In this document: positions 36,990 through 48,411 of the stretch, piece after piece
Layout: each line of letters begins with the position of its first letter
How positions within the stretch are numbered: position 1 is the stretch's first letter
Assembly: GCA_000091205.1 (NCBI GenBank)
Contig: AP006500.2
DNA: 64,000 nucleotides
Strand: one strand, 5' to 3'
Source: Cyanidioschyzon merolae
Lineage: Eukaryota
The notes under the pieces: model-generated
Told to the model about the DNA's origin: nothing
Seen by the model: the letters and a program-made list of their open reading frames with translations, nothing else
Database searches by the model: none
Translations under genes and position numbers: made by a program

Positions 36990-38950
36990 ACGCTACCGGC
37001 AACGAGAAGGCCGCGAATCCGACGCCGCCACGGGCGATATTCGGAGGTGGTGGCGGCTGCGGCCGCCCGCCGTTGCCAGGATTTCTGGCGGTACGCCTCC
37101 CGGTCTACTTGGACTAGGCACCTGCTGCTGATTTTGTTTTCTGCTTATATGATATCACCTTAAGAGGTTGCCCGACAAAGCTGGCTCTCATTAGCTCCGG
37201 GGGTCGCTTAATCATCAACACGCATCTTTCTATATTGATAGCGGCGTTAAAGTCTCGGTTCACAAACTCTATACGTTGATTGCCGTCGGTAGTTGTACTC
37301 ACCAGTGCGAGTAGTCCAGGAACTTTTGCCCTGCTTTCCATTTGCTGTTTGGTCAGCGCTCCGTACTTTTTTATATCCTCAGAGTTCCACTGGCACTTTT
37401 GCATCTCGACCCTTTGGATTGTACACCTCGGCTCGTGGTGTGTATGTATGACGTTCGGAACTCATCTATCGGTATTGTGAGAAAACGGTGTGCGTACTCG
37501 TTGTACGCTCGTGTCGACGGAGCGGGCGTAGACTCTTTTTCGGACGCCCAGTGCCCTGATCCGTACGCTACTATAAGCCTTTGTCTCTCGTCTTCGTTCA
37601 GGGCACTCAACTGGTTGAAAAAGTTGGCAAATGCACGCTGCTTCCCATAGTATAAGTTCATGTGCTGACGAGCCCACCGGGCGGCTTGGTATACTCCTTT
37701 CACAGCTCCTCGTCATGAGCAGCGCGAAGTGGTATGAATTCTCAGAGGGCTCGAAAGTTCGCTCCGCGACTCGTCATTTTGCTGAACTCCTCCCTGCTTA
37801 CATCGAACTTCGGACTGATCTCTTTCATGATGCCGTAAAGGGCTGCGGAGTCGATTGTCACAAAATGTGCATTGATCTCGCATAACGGAACGACATGGAA
37901 GCGCTTACCCGGAAACGCAGCCATTCGTTTCTCCGACTCTTCATTTGCTTGCACACCTGGTTCCATCTCCGCCTTGCGTTCGAGTTCTCGGTCCAAAAAC
38001 ACGAAAGGGCGCAGGATTAGGCGATAGCATCTTTCTTCATCTTTTTTCAACGCTGGCATCTTTTTGTGCTCAGTTGACAAACCCTAGGACCGTGCGGCGC
38101 TCTTGGATGGCCACATGGAGTAGAGAAGCTTCATTCCTTCTCCTGCGTGACGTCTTCCTGTCGACGAATTCGATCTTCTGTTCATGCTGGCGATCGTCCG
38201 AAATGCCATTGATGATGGTCCGTATCCTTTTGCGAGAGAGGCGCGGGTAGAGTCCAAACATGGAACGTATCATGAAACGTTCGAGGTTCATGTTCAAATG
38301 GTTTTTCAGATTCGTGAGACACTTTTTAGACCCGTATTCATACATATTATCGTGACCCCTGTATCGAGTACTGTTGGAGCGGAATTTGGCGTAATTTTCG
38401 TGGAGGCCCTGCACTCGCTCATTTCTCCTCGACATTTCATATGTGCCCAGTATCAAGTGGCGAATGAAGGTCTTGTTGAAAAATTCCTTCGGAATCTCGG
38501 TTGTTTCCATATGCGTCACGTCGCGATTCGTCTCCCACACCAAATGCACGAGTCCTGAAGAACCGTTTCGAATGCTACTGGAGTAGGACGCCACACGCTT
38601 TCTGATAGTCTCGTCCATCCTTGTCTCGTACGGATCCTTGCAATGTCCAAGAAGACAGGGTTTCACTACCATCTCGATGCACTGTCGTCTTTCTTGCAGC
38701 CATTGACGTCTGGCCTCCTGCCTTAGCTTCTTCGTGTTGTCTCGTTCATCCGGGATCGGCTCTGTTTTCGTTTCTTTCCGTCAGCCGGCGACAGTGGTCC
38801 TCCAGGATCCTCCACTTCCATGTCCATAGCTTGCCTTTTTACTTTTGAAAAAGAACGCACTTTAGACACTTCTGCTATAGACCCCGGAAAATCACTTGAG
38901 TAGACTATACTGGAGATTAAAGTACAATGGAGATGAAAAACTATGCTTCG
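36990..38950 (-). mobile_element. Fanzor/TnpB-like element, copy C (RuvC core partly deleted; N-terminal extension retained)
   Basis: Minus-strand ORFs 37114..37404 (FVNRDFNAAINIERC = RuvC-III), 37371..37703 (VAYGSGHW...IPIDEFRTSY), 37742..38080 and 38070..38672 are homologous to the N-terminal ~400 aa of the 52-55 kb copy, at roughly 55% aa identity. For example, HENYAKFRSNSTRY...KKCLTNLKNHLNMNLERF aligns with HENYAEYRFERTRY...KKYLTNLKNHLTMYPERF. The flanking ends are homologous to copy A at both LE (38760-38950) and RE (36990-37130). The RuvC-I region is absent. Confidence 0.7.
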
Positions 38951-40628
38951 ATATGACTTTAACGCGTATGCACCTTGTACGTTAGATAAACACGCTAAGT
39001 GTAAGGATCGCATTTCCCTTCAATCACGAGATGCGCTTCCTATCTCACGCCTGCCAGATATGATGCTGCGAGTATCGACTGCACTATATAGAAAATAGAA
39101 CAGAAATTATCCAATAACTAGCAACGAGATTGGGATTCCTTTCCGTCTCTACGATAAACGTTAAAAGGAGGAAAACGTTTCCACACGTTCAAAAGTCTAC
39201 CGTATAGGCGGAAGGTCCAGCGACCCGGAAGAGTGCGCCGGGCTCGTGCTCCATACCCCCAATAGCAGGTGCTTTAGAGCGATCTGAGCAGCTCGTATCG
39301 AGCGCAATTCATTCTGGGATTCGAAGCGGGTAGTACGCGCCTGCGCGTCGCCCTGGTCTCCTTAGATATCGATTCGCGCTGTCGCAGGCAGTAGGTCCGT
39401 CTGCGCAGCTTGCAGGCTCCCAGCATGATCATTAGCCCTGATCCCGTGTCAGGTGTTGCGTTATTCGAGTCGACACCCTCAGTGGTATGGCGAAGCCGTT
39501 TTGTCTCCGTGCAGCACCCGCTCCAGCGATATAGGCGCTATGGTAGGTTCCCAGGACAGGCACTTGGCTTACGATAGAACGCAAGAAACGACCGGTGCGT
39601 CCGAAAGAATGCATAAGTAATGGAGCTTGAAGGTAGATGCTTCATGATGGACGCTTTCCAGATCATCAATACCCGTCCCGCAGCAAGGGATCCATGGTCA
39701 CGATAAACGTTTCGTCATCTGAAAAAATGACAGCGGCTGCACGAAAGATTGCGCAAAGCGTTGGCTGATCGCCGCATATTGTTTGTTGGATGCGAGCATG
39801 TTGTCGATGCGTCTACATGGGTACGGCAATGGCAGCGCCTATTTGTTTGAACGCACTATGATTCCTGAAAGCAAGTCTGAGCGGCTAGTCGCACGACCTG
39901 TGGACTTGTGCAGCATGACGAATGCTGGTCTTGATACTGATCGTCATCGCACCGTTGGGGTTCCCAGGCTCGGTTCAACGATCCCACTCGATTCGAAAAA
40001 TCGATTCTGGAGCGTCCAAGCAGCACGTGCCTACTCAAGAAACCCTCATGGAAGGCACCAGCGCGCTTCTTCGCTCCACAGAGCCGACGAAGGTCAGTGG
40101 CAGCAAGGCGGTATCGATGCTGATATCACGGGCGGAAGATCTCACGAACGTAAACAGCCCCCGTTTAGCCATTTTTGACACGGAGGAAGCCCTGTCACAA
40201 CGCCACGGTTCCGCCCAGTGTGCCAGTGAAACACGGAAACCGCGATGCATGTTTCCGAGCTTCGCACATCTCATCAAGGCTTTCACGTTTGTTCTGCGTA
40301 GTCCTCTGAAAAATTTCCGGTGTGCCTTGGAGCCGGCCCCGGTTTCCATTTACAAAATAGAGGATTCTGTAAGCCAAAGGTCTTCCTATGCGTACAACAG
40401 CGCTGCTGGTCGGATGTGTTTCAGCAGTATCGAACACCTTGCGCAGCGTTGCGAGGCGAGAGCCCCGTTCACGGCACCCGATGCGGTCGATAGCCCTGTA
40501 TCATCATCCACGTGAGCATCCCGCACAACATTAACCGGCTTCGCAAGGCAGCACTAACCGTGGAATACGCACCGGCATCCGGTTCACGGACTCTGCAAGA
40601 TACATTCACTGCGCGTCAGTGCAGGCCG

Positions 40629-41807
40629 TTACACGGTTCCCGTCGGAACTGCGGCACTGTCATAAGCGCCGGGTTCGACGCTACCCAGTATACGGCCACG
40701 GCCTCGCGAGCGACGCGTTGTCGCTGCTCGATCTGGTCGATCGTCTGGACATCGCAATCGGGCAAGGAATACGTGGCGTTCTAGGGCATCATCTTCGTCA
40801 TCACCGCTTTGCCTGTATATTCGCGTCGAGTCCCGAGTCTCCGAGTCCGTGTCGGGCTCCAGCAATGGATCAGTGTAGCTGACTCGGGGCAACGTAGCAA
40901 CCGCCCGGGGTTCGCATCGTCTTGTCGGTGGCTCTGGTTGCTCCAAAGACGATTTTTCATCGGCCTTGCGTTGGGCTTGCCTCCTACCAGGCACCCTGGG
41001 CAGATGATCATCAATCGATCGCGACCGCAGCGTCTGCCTTGCGCGTGCTTGAACCGTATCTTGAAGCTTTTCGTGGTCCCCGGACATCTCCATACGAGAC
41101 GCACGCTGCAAATCATTCGTTCTCTGATGCATCCGACTGCGTATGTCACTTCGAAGCGACGACACAGCGTCTGGTGGAAGGACAGCACCAACCGCATGGG
41201 AGCGTTTGCGCATGCCGCTGCTTGCAACGTTATGCGGGGCGGAAAAAGCATGCCTGGGTCCCTCCAGTGCCTCTGTGAGTTTCTCTGGGCTCTTGTCTGG
41301 AATATCAGCGGCACCACTGGACACTTGTTCCCGAAGCTGTCGCGCTATGCGGGCACGAAAACGCCTGATCAGTTTCAGAGCGCGCGGTGAGTGACCACCT
41401 TTCGGAAAGAGTGCCACGTATTTCACGCCCGCCGGAAAGTGCCGCACGTATTCTAGGTCTCGCTCCAGCTGCGCCTTTTTCGAGTCATAGTCCGGAACGT
41501 CCTCCGGTCGTTCTTCCAGCAGGCGCTGAAGCTCGTTGCAGAGCTTGCGCTCCTCTCGCTTACGAATAGGAAGGTACTTACGCGTAATAGCATCCTTTTC
41601 GGACTGGCGTTTTCTTCTATGAAGTAGACGCTGCAGACTTTCAAGTTCTTGGATTTTGGCTGCCCGCGCACCGGTAGCAAGGTTCTCCCAGCGTAGGAGA
41701 CGCTCAAGTGCCCGAATGCGATTTCGAAGCGAGCGCGACCTCCGCTGAACCCCTTCCTCCAGTGCAAGAGCACCATCTTCGAAGAGTCCAACCATATCTA
41801 CCTTCAA
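40629..41807 (-). CDS. Coiled-coil basic protein, possibly an rRNA-processing Efg1-like protein
   Basis: A 392-aa Arg/Glu-rich coiled-coil ORF. The segment DLEYVRHFPAGVKYVALFP is reminiscent of the Efg1 family motif. The assignment is from memory and is weak. Confidence 0.35.
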   Translation of the reverse strand: MKVDMVGLFEDGALALEEGVQRRSRSLRNRIRALERLLRWENLATGARAAKIQELESLQRLLHRRKRQSEKDAITRKYLPIRKREERKLCNELQRLLEERPEDVPDYDSKKAQLERDLEYVRHFPAGVKYVALFPKGGHSPRALKLIRRFRARIARQLREQVSSGAADIPDKSPEKLTEALEGPRHAFSAPHNVASSGMRKRSHAVGAVLPPDAVSSLRSDIRSRMHQRTNDLQRASRMEMSGDHEKLQDTVQARARQTLRSRSIDDHLPRVPGRRQAQRKADEKSSLEQPEPPTRRCEPRAVATLPRVSYTDPLLEPDTDSETRDSTRIYRQSGDDEDDALERHVFLARLRCPDDRPDRAATTRRSRGRGRILGSVEPGAYDSAAVPTGTV

Positions 41808-42191
41808 CTGACGGACATAGTATGCATCCCAGCAGAGTCTTGTAGTTAGCTAAAAAGCGTCGACGCAAGGGCCCACAATCCCCCCAGTCCGCTTACGTGC
41901 TGCTTCGAGCGCGCTCGCAGATGGATACCAGCGAAGGGGTTCGATGTCCACGACCTGCCAAAACTTACCCTAATCTAGACTTCATTTGATGCGCACCGCG
42001 GCATTTTCTTCCTGTTTGCGATCAGGCCGCTTCCAGTTTTTAGCCTATACTCCTAGGCTCATTCATCGAGCCATCTGGACTTTTGCGAGCAGCCCGGTAG
42101 CGCGTGCCGTGCACGCGTGGATTTGCCAAGTGCCGCGTCGTCTCTGCAAGGAGAGTCGGTTGCGCTCCGGTTTATAGAGGCGAGGAATGTC

Positions 42192-44807
42192 CTATGGCTC
42201 CTGGAAAGAGACTCGTTGGCTGCGTCGAGCCGTTCCAATATCACAGGCGTTCACCTTGGCAGCGAATCGCAGACTGCAGAGCGACTCGGGGAAACTCTCC
42301 GCTGTTGGGCTTATATTCACAAACATGAGTGTCTTTGAGTCACCGCCAAGCGAGTCTTGGAGCAAAAAAGTCAGCTTGCTGTTGCGAAATGGTACGTGTT
42401 TGTCCTTGTTCGCCAAGGCGGCGATCACATCTCCCAAGGCGCTCAGTGACTTGTTGATGTGCTGGGTCTCGCGAAGACGTTCGCCCTCGCTGCCGCTGCG
42501 CGCAAGCCGTTCGCTTCCGGCTAGATCGATCAAGTTCAGTAGACCGTGGATTTTCTGCTGCATTTCGCGATTCTCTCCCCGAATGTACAGGCGAAAGACG
42601 GAATGCGAACGCGATGAGCGCTCGTTCATATTTGTTGAGGCGGTCATACGGTTGCGGGCGCTGATCGTCAAGAGGCGTTCTACGTCGTCAGCATTGCGGA
42701 CTTGCACCATTTGCAAATCACTAACATAGGTACTGCCAGTGGCTCGATCCACCTTAATGGTGTATTTGTTCGTTTCGGAAGTCTCCGTCGACGCGGAGCC
42801 GTTGTCTTTCGCAAGCAAATCCCGAATATGCTCGTTATAGATCTCCAAAAAGCAAGCCTCGAAGGAGAACGTGAAGCCTTGCTCGGAGAGCCTAGCAGCA
42901 TGGGCGAAAACCTGGCGCACCGAGAGCGGAATCATGCCCGGATTTTGCCGATCACCGATCATCGTGAACGTCTTCCCGCTCCCCGTTTGCCCGTACGCGA
43001 AAATGCAGACTTTGTAACCGTCCAGAGCACTCTGAACAAGTTGAGATATCTCTTCAAATACCTGGACTTGAGTGGAAGAAGCATCGAAAACTCGATCAAA
43101 CTGGAATACCCATCTTGGTCGATCGTGCGTTGCAGCAGTGGATGCTACCTCTCCGCCGGACGACGGGCGATCAGTCCGGAAGCAGCTGCCACGCTTCTGA
43201 TCACAAGGCGCATACACTTCGAGGCCTCTACCGGAAGAGCGCGCAACCGGTTGGAAGAGTACATCGGGGTTGCATTGGCGTTCTTCAGACAACAATGGAC
43301 GTATTCGACAGAAAACTCGTATATTTCCCTTCAGTTCTTGAACCATGTTGTGGAGTTCTCGTCGAACCTTTTCATCTTCCCGAGCTTGCTCCTCAAGCTC
43401 CCGGACCATTTGTTCCCGATCCGCAAGCTTTGCGCGAAGTTCCATGATCTCGTTGTCATTCTGTTCGAAACGTTGTTCATGCGAACCCAGCATGGCTTCC
43501 ATAGAGAGCTTCTCTGCTCGTATAGTTTGCAACGCAGTCTCGAGACTTTGACAAGCCGCTTTCAACGCAGCATTATCTTGACGGCACCGTTCGAGCGCTT
43601 GCTCGATCGCTTGTTTGGCCTCCTCTGCGCTGCGAAGTTCGTTGCGCAAACACAGCAGATCACTGTCAAGCTGCCTGCATTTTTGCTCGTGCTCGCTTTG
43701 ACGCTCCAGATTCTCCCGCATTTGAGTCTCTAAGAGACGAACGCGATCACGGAACGCGTTGGCTTCCGATTCTTTCTCAGCCAAGTGCAACCGTAGACGT
43801 TCGCATTCTTGACGCACTTCATCCGCATGGACTCGCTCCTTATGGATGGATTGGCGGATTTTTTCGGCAGACTCCTCCTCTAATTGCAGACGCACTCGAG
43901 CAATTTCAGCGTCTTTTTCCTCAACGATTCGCAACCGCTGCCGTTTTTCTGCCGCAAGAGCCTCCTCCAGCTCGGCACAGTCGCGCTCTAGCGCACGCAG
44001 TTTCCCCAGCTCTTTCTCGCTGAGGTGCTGCTGTTGCGAGCGGGCTTCCTCGAGTTCCTTTGCTAGTTGCCGCATGCGCCTTTCAGTCTCCTGCAGAGCA
44101 TTTTTAAGCTCCATGACTTCCCGCTCTATCATTTGTTTTGCCAGACGCTCTGTTTGCAAAGCGTTCACAACCTGAGCCTTTTCGAGCTGTAACGAATCGA
44201 TGAGGTGCTTCTGCGACGAGATCATGGTATGCAACGCCTCCATCTCCGCCGCTGCAGCGCCTTGGCCGCGGTTATATCCCGCTGGCGCAGCACTGCTCGA
44301 AAGCTGCTTCTGGTGTAGACGGATCATGGCTTGCAGACGTCGTTCCTGCTCTTCCATTCGCCGCCGTGTCTCCTCTATAAACGTCGACAGCTGCGATGGC
44401 CCCGATTCACTCGGGAGCGACGTGTGAGGGAGACTGGCGGGAAACTGAGACGTTAGTTGCAAACCGGAGGCCGCAGGGCCGGCACCCTTACCCGTGTCTT
44501 CCGTCACAGGCGTTTCTGATCGAGACTCAACCGTTTGCCCGACTGGCTCCTTAGACGCGGCCGGTGCCGACCCGGCTGCCTTGCAGCCACCTTCGCCGTC
44601 ACTGTTTCCGGGGGCCTTATTCTCACGCTCTACCACAGTGCTCGCAGCACCAGTGCGAGTCAAAAGCAGGCTGCCTACGCCCTCCAGCGAAGTGTTGATC
44701 GGGGTTGGTGGGCGCAGTCGCGAGGCTGGAACCCTGTCTCGAATCATTGCGCAGGCGCACTTGTGACGAGACCTTTGCCTTGCGGCTTTAACAAGAAACT
44801 TTTGCAC
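42192..44807 (-). CDS. Kinesin-14 (C-terminal motor kinesin, KIFC1/Ncd/Kar3-like)
   Basis: A long N-terminal coiled coil is followed by a C-terminal motor: NIRVFCRIRP, P-loop FAYGQTGSGKTFTM, switch I SSRSHS and switch II LIDLAGSER. The motor at the C-terminus preceded by a neck is diagnostic of kinesin-14. Confidence 0.92.
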   Translation of the reverse strand: MQKFLVKAARQRSRHKCACAMIRDRVPASRLRPPTPINTSLEGVGSLLLTRTGAASTVVERENKAPGNSDGEGGCKAAGSAPAASKEPVGQTVESRSETPVTEDTGKGAGPAASGLQLTSQFPASLPHTSLPSESGPSQLSTFIEETRRRMEEQERRLQAMIRLHQKQLSSSAAPAGYNRGQGAAAAEMEALHTMISSQKHLIDSLQLEKAQVVNALQTERLAKQMIEREVMELKNALQETERRMRQLAKELEEARSQQQHLSEKELGKLRALERDCAELEEALAAEKRQRLRIVEEKDAEIARVRLQLEEESAEKIRQSIHKERVHADEVRQECERLRLHLAEKESEANAFRDRVRLLETQMRENLERQSEHEQKCRQLDSDLLCLRNELRSAEEAKQAIEQALERCRQDNAALKAACQSLETALQTIRAEKLSMEAMLGSHEQRFEQNDNEIMELRAKLADREQMVRELEEQAREDEKVRRELHNMVQELKGNIRVFCRIRPLLSEERQCNPDVLFQPVARSSGRGLEVYAPCDQKRGSCFRTDRPSSGGEVASTAATHDRPRWVFQFDRVFDASSTQVQVFEEISQLVQSALDGYKVCIFAYGQTGSGKTFTMIGDRQNPGMIPLSVRQVFAHAARLSEQGFTFSFEACFLEIYNEHIRDLLAKDNGSASTETSETNKYTIKVDRATGSTYVSDLQMVQVRNADDVERLLTISARNRMTASTNMNERSSRSHSVFRLYIRGENREMQQKIHGLLNLIDLAGSERLARSGSEGERLRETQHINKSLSALGDVIAALANKDKHVPFRNSKLTFLLQDSLGGDSKTLMFVNISPTAESFPESLCSLRFAAKVNACDIGTARRSQRVSFQEP

Positions 44808-47800
44808 AAGTAGCCAGATTTGTGTCTGTAAATGTCACCAAGAAGTAACTATATGACGCGAAAAAGCGCGGACTGTGTCTGCGTCGTTTTGGAGGCCTGC
44901 TTTGTGGTGCGCTGTATGCAGAACAACGTGTCGCTGAACCCCAGCGACTTCCAATGAGGCATTCAAATTGCGCAACGGTTTCATGGCCGGACACACCGGC
45001 GTCGCTGCTGCAGCGCTGCCGGATAGATTTCTCACGAGAGGGACATAGATAGATAAATATGTATAAAAGGGTTTTTATGACGTAGGACGGCGCCCGCAGC
45101 GCTGCCGGATTGATTTCTCACGAGAGGGCCATAGATAGACAATTAGTCAAAAAGGCGTACTTATGCAGCGGGGCGGTACCTGGATCGCTGCAGGATCGAT
45201 CCGCTGCGAGCTGTATATCATTAGATAACGTGGACCTATGTGTGTTCGCACAACGCAGCGTCGAGGATTCGAAGATGCCGTCCGCGCGGCTTTTTACGTC
45301 GAAACCTAAGGAAATACGAAAGGCGATTCCCCGCGATAGCATACACGCCATCTCGACTCACGTCTTGTCATCCAAATATCTCTCAGGCACTTGTGCAAAG
45401 GCTACTTTACAACCAGCCTTAAAAGATATACCCTCAAACTTACAAAGCGTAGAGCGGTGAGTGCAATCTACCCGAAAAGGGAGAACTGCAGCTCTACAAA
45501 TGGATTCCAATTGGTGCTTCTTCATTATTTGTAGTATCCTCCGGTTGTTGAGCTATAGGCGGCGAGTACTTCCTCAAATAAGATTCATCAAGATTAGAGA
45601 TGCTTTTAACGCTCAGAGGCAAGAGAGTCCAAAGGCCGACTTGGCGTCCGCATCGAAGTCGGACACCTAAGTGAGAATGAAATGAAAGCGGTCCCCTCAC
45701 TGAACGCGACCGTGCACGCTGAGGTTCATGTCTCTTTCCAATGTAATCAACACCAGCAGCTGCAGGCTTTTTGTTTGACAGCTTCCTTTTCCTCCCATTT
45801 GTATCCAGCTTTGAATATGCCAGTCTCTCCTTCCAGATCACTTGTTTGCTGTGGAAGGACCTTGACGGCAGCATTAAGGTCCCACTGATGCTGTTTCCCG
45901 AGGCTTCCAACGCATTTTATGCAAACCCTGTGGTGTTGACGCACGCTTCGGTGGCCGTGCCCATCTTCTTTGTGTCGTGCATCGATGCGCCTTTCGCACG
46001 GTAGCACTCGGCCGTGGTTAGGTGCCCCAACGTGACCATCACAGCTCGTCTTCCGAGGGCCACTCTGTGGCGCGTGATCGCTTGCGATAGCGCTAGGTTT
46101 ATGCCCTTGTCGAGGACAGATGGCAACCCTTGATGCTTTTCTCCATTTCCGCATCCGGTTCGGCACCCTAAGATCACGGGCTCCTTCTTTGAGATCTTCT
46201 CAATGCGTACGCTGACGGCTGCACGGAGAAGCGCGCGATTTCCATTCGAAAGAGAATTTGTGGAACGCAGTCTTGTCCGAGATGAAAAAAATATCGGCAG
46301 GAAAATCCAGGCCAGAGAACAAATCTAGAAACTGTCATTCGTGCACATTCCTTTTCTAAGACGGAGCGACACGCGCTTCACATGACGCGATCTCTACGAT
46401 GACCAGAGTTTGGCTCCAAGAATCTTTTCCATGCAAAAAGAGCAGAAGAGATGGGAGCATCTGTAAGCATATCCCGTCGCAAATGCTATGCTGCTGTCGA
46501 ATGGCGTTTCTTTGATGGATACAAAGGGCGGTGGATTTGTATTTCGATCAGCATTGATACTTTGACGTGACAACTACAATGGATTTTCAGTGTACGCTTG
46601 TGAAAAGCCTTAAGTTCAGTGGCTCGAGTAGGCGCGCTCACAACTCGTCTCGAAACGGGAAGATCGAGAATTTTAAGAATGCGTGATCTAGGCATACACC
46701 GCCTAAGGGCAGGAGAGGGAAGGAGGCATGTACACATGGACTAGATAACACTATCAGTTTTTCCTCAAACGCATGTTCGATGGCATCCCGGATCATCTTG
46801 ATTCCTGTACCCAAATGAGCTTCGGCGGCAACGATATGAGGGACCAACTCCGAAAAGACGACCGAGAACCATGAAAATAAGTCTAAATAAGTTGACCCTC
46901 CTTGTTACTCTTCTATTTTCAAGGCGACATACCGAAGGAAAACTTCAGGGAAAAATCGAAATACAGGAACGGAACGAGAAGTTCGGTGTTCTCATTCACT
47001 GCGACACGGGTGTGGCTCGTCACCTCAAAGAGCATTGAAAACGTTTCTATCCTAAACGAAAACGTTACCTGCAGGGATACCATCGACGATTCGTCAACTA
47101 CGACTGGCACCCGCGAAGAACTACACCATTCATGCTCCTGCCAGTGAATTGCGCTATCGCTGTCAGGAATTCAGGGAAATGAGCTCCAACTGAACTCGCC
47201 CCAGCAGCCTGTGACGCGAGTTTCGCTGCTTGCATAAAGTTCGCTGACATATGCGTTCCTATATCCAGATGGGCTGTACATATCCCCCGAAGGCGTACCA
47301 TCAGGAAAACAAAATAGGAAACTTGTCGAGCTACGGCACTGGGCGATCGCAAAGGTCTAGCGAGGCCGCCTAACCTAAAGCAGGCACTCACAGGCGTAGG
47401 TACGGGACAGAACCTCTATTCTAGGGGATCGCTAGCGAGCAGACGCCCTCCAGAGCGACCCCGCGTCATCGCAAGGTCTCGGCACCCGGTAGCGTTAGAA
47501 CAGAGCACAATCTCAAGTAGCCGACGGGGGGCAGGGTATCTGTAGCAGTAACGAACGCTCGTGAGTCCTAAACTTGAGTGGTTCAAGCTCCATCGTACTT
47601 GAACAACAGCCTCAACACGTCCGCACGCTGAACCACGACAGGAACCTAGTGCACCGCTCGGCCCGCGCTGCGTTCACTCGACCTCTCCAGCCGACTGCAA
47701 GCTCCAACGTTAGAAAGCAGCCACGACGCCAAAACGGTTCCGTCTCGGTGTTCGTGTTGATCCCGACGCGCACCACAGCCTTGGAGCAGTGCACGGTTAG

Positions 47801-48411
47801 CAAACTGCGCAATGTCGCTTGCGGCTGCCAGTGTTTCTGATCTCACCGCTTTGCCTCACTGGAGAGGCCAGGCTACTGGTCGCCCTCCACGGTGTCGATA
47901 CGTCCATCGCATTGTTGGTTCGTTCAGGTTCACGAGAAACGAGATACAGCGTCAGCAAAGGCTCACGTTCGATAATCATAACTGGCTCTGACGATAACAG
48001 AGTTCACCGTACGGCCTCGCTCTAGAAGTCGCCTGCTGCTCGAACGCCACCGTTTGCCGAAACATCTATATGATATTCCATGTAGATACTCCAAAGTTTC
48101 CTGTCATACTAGAGAGTCCAAGGAATATAACGTACGTTTCCACGTCTTCGTCGATTTGCTGCTGTACGCTCGAAGGCACAGCGTCTATACAGAATAGCTT
48201 TGAAGCGCGGTGTACGCACGCGCGATGCGCTGCGCTGCGCGCCCAGATGGCACCCGGGTTCGGATTCGTTCGCGTTATCTCCCCGAACGTTGCCGGTACG
48301 CGGCAAACGTGTACCATAAACCGCACTTGGGAGGCTGTCACTACGATTCGTGACTGTGAGTGCCACTGATAGAACCGGAACGAGTTTGTAGCGAAGACCA
48401 AGGTTAGTGCG

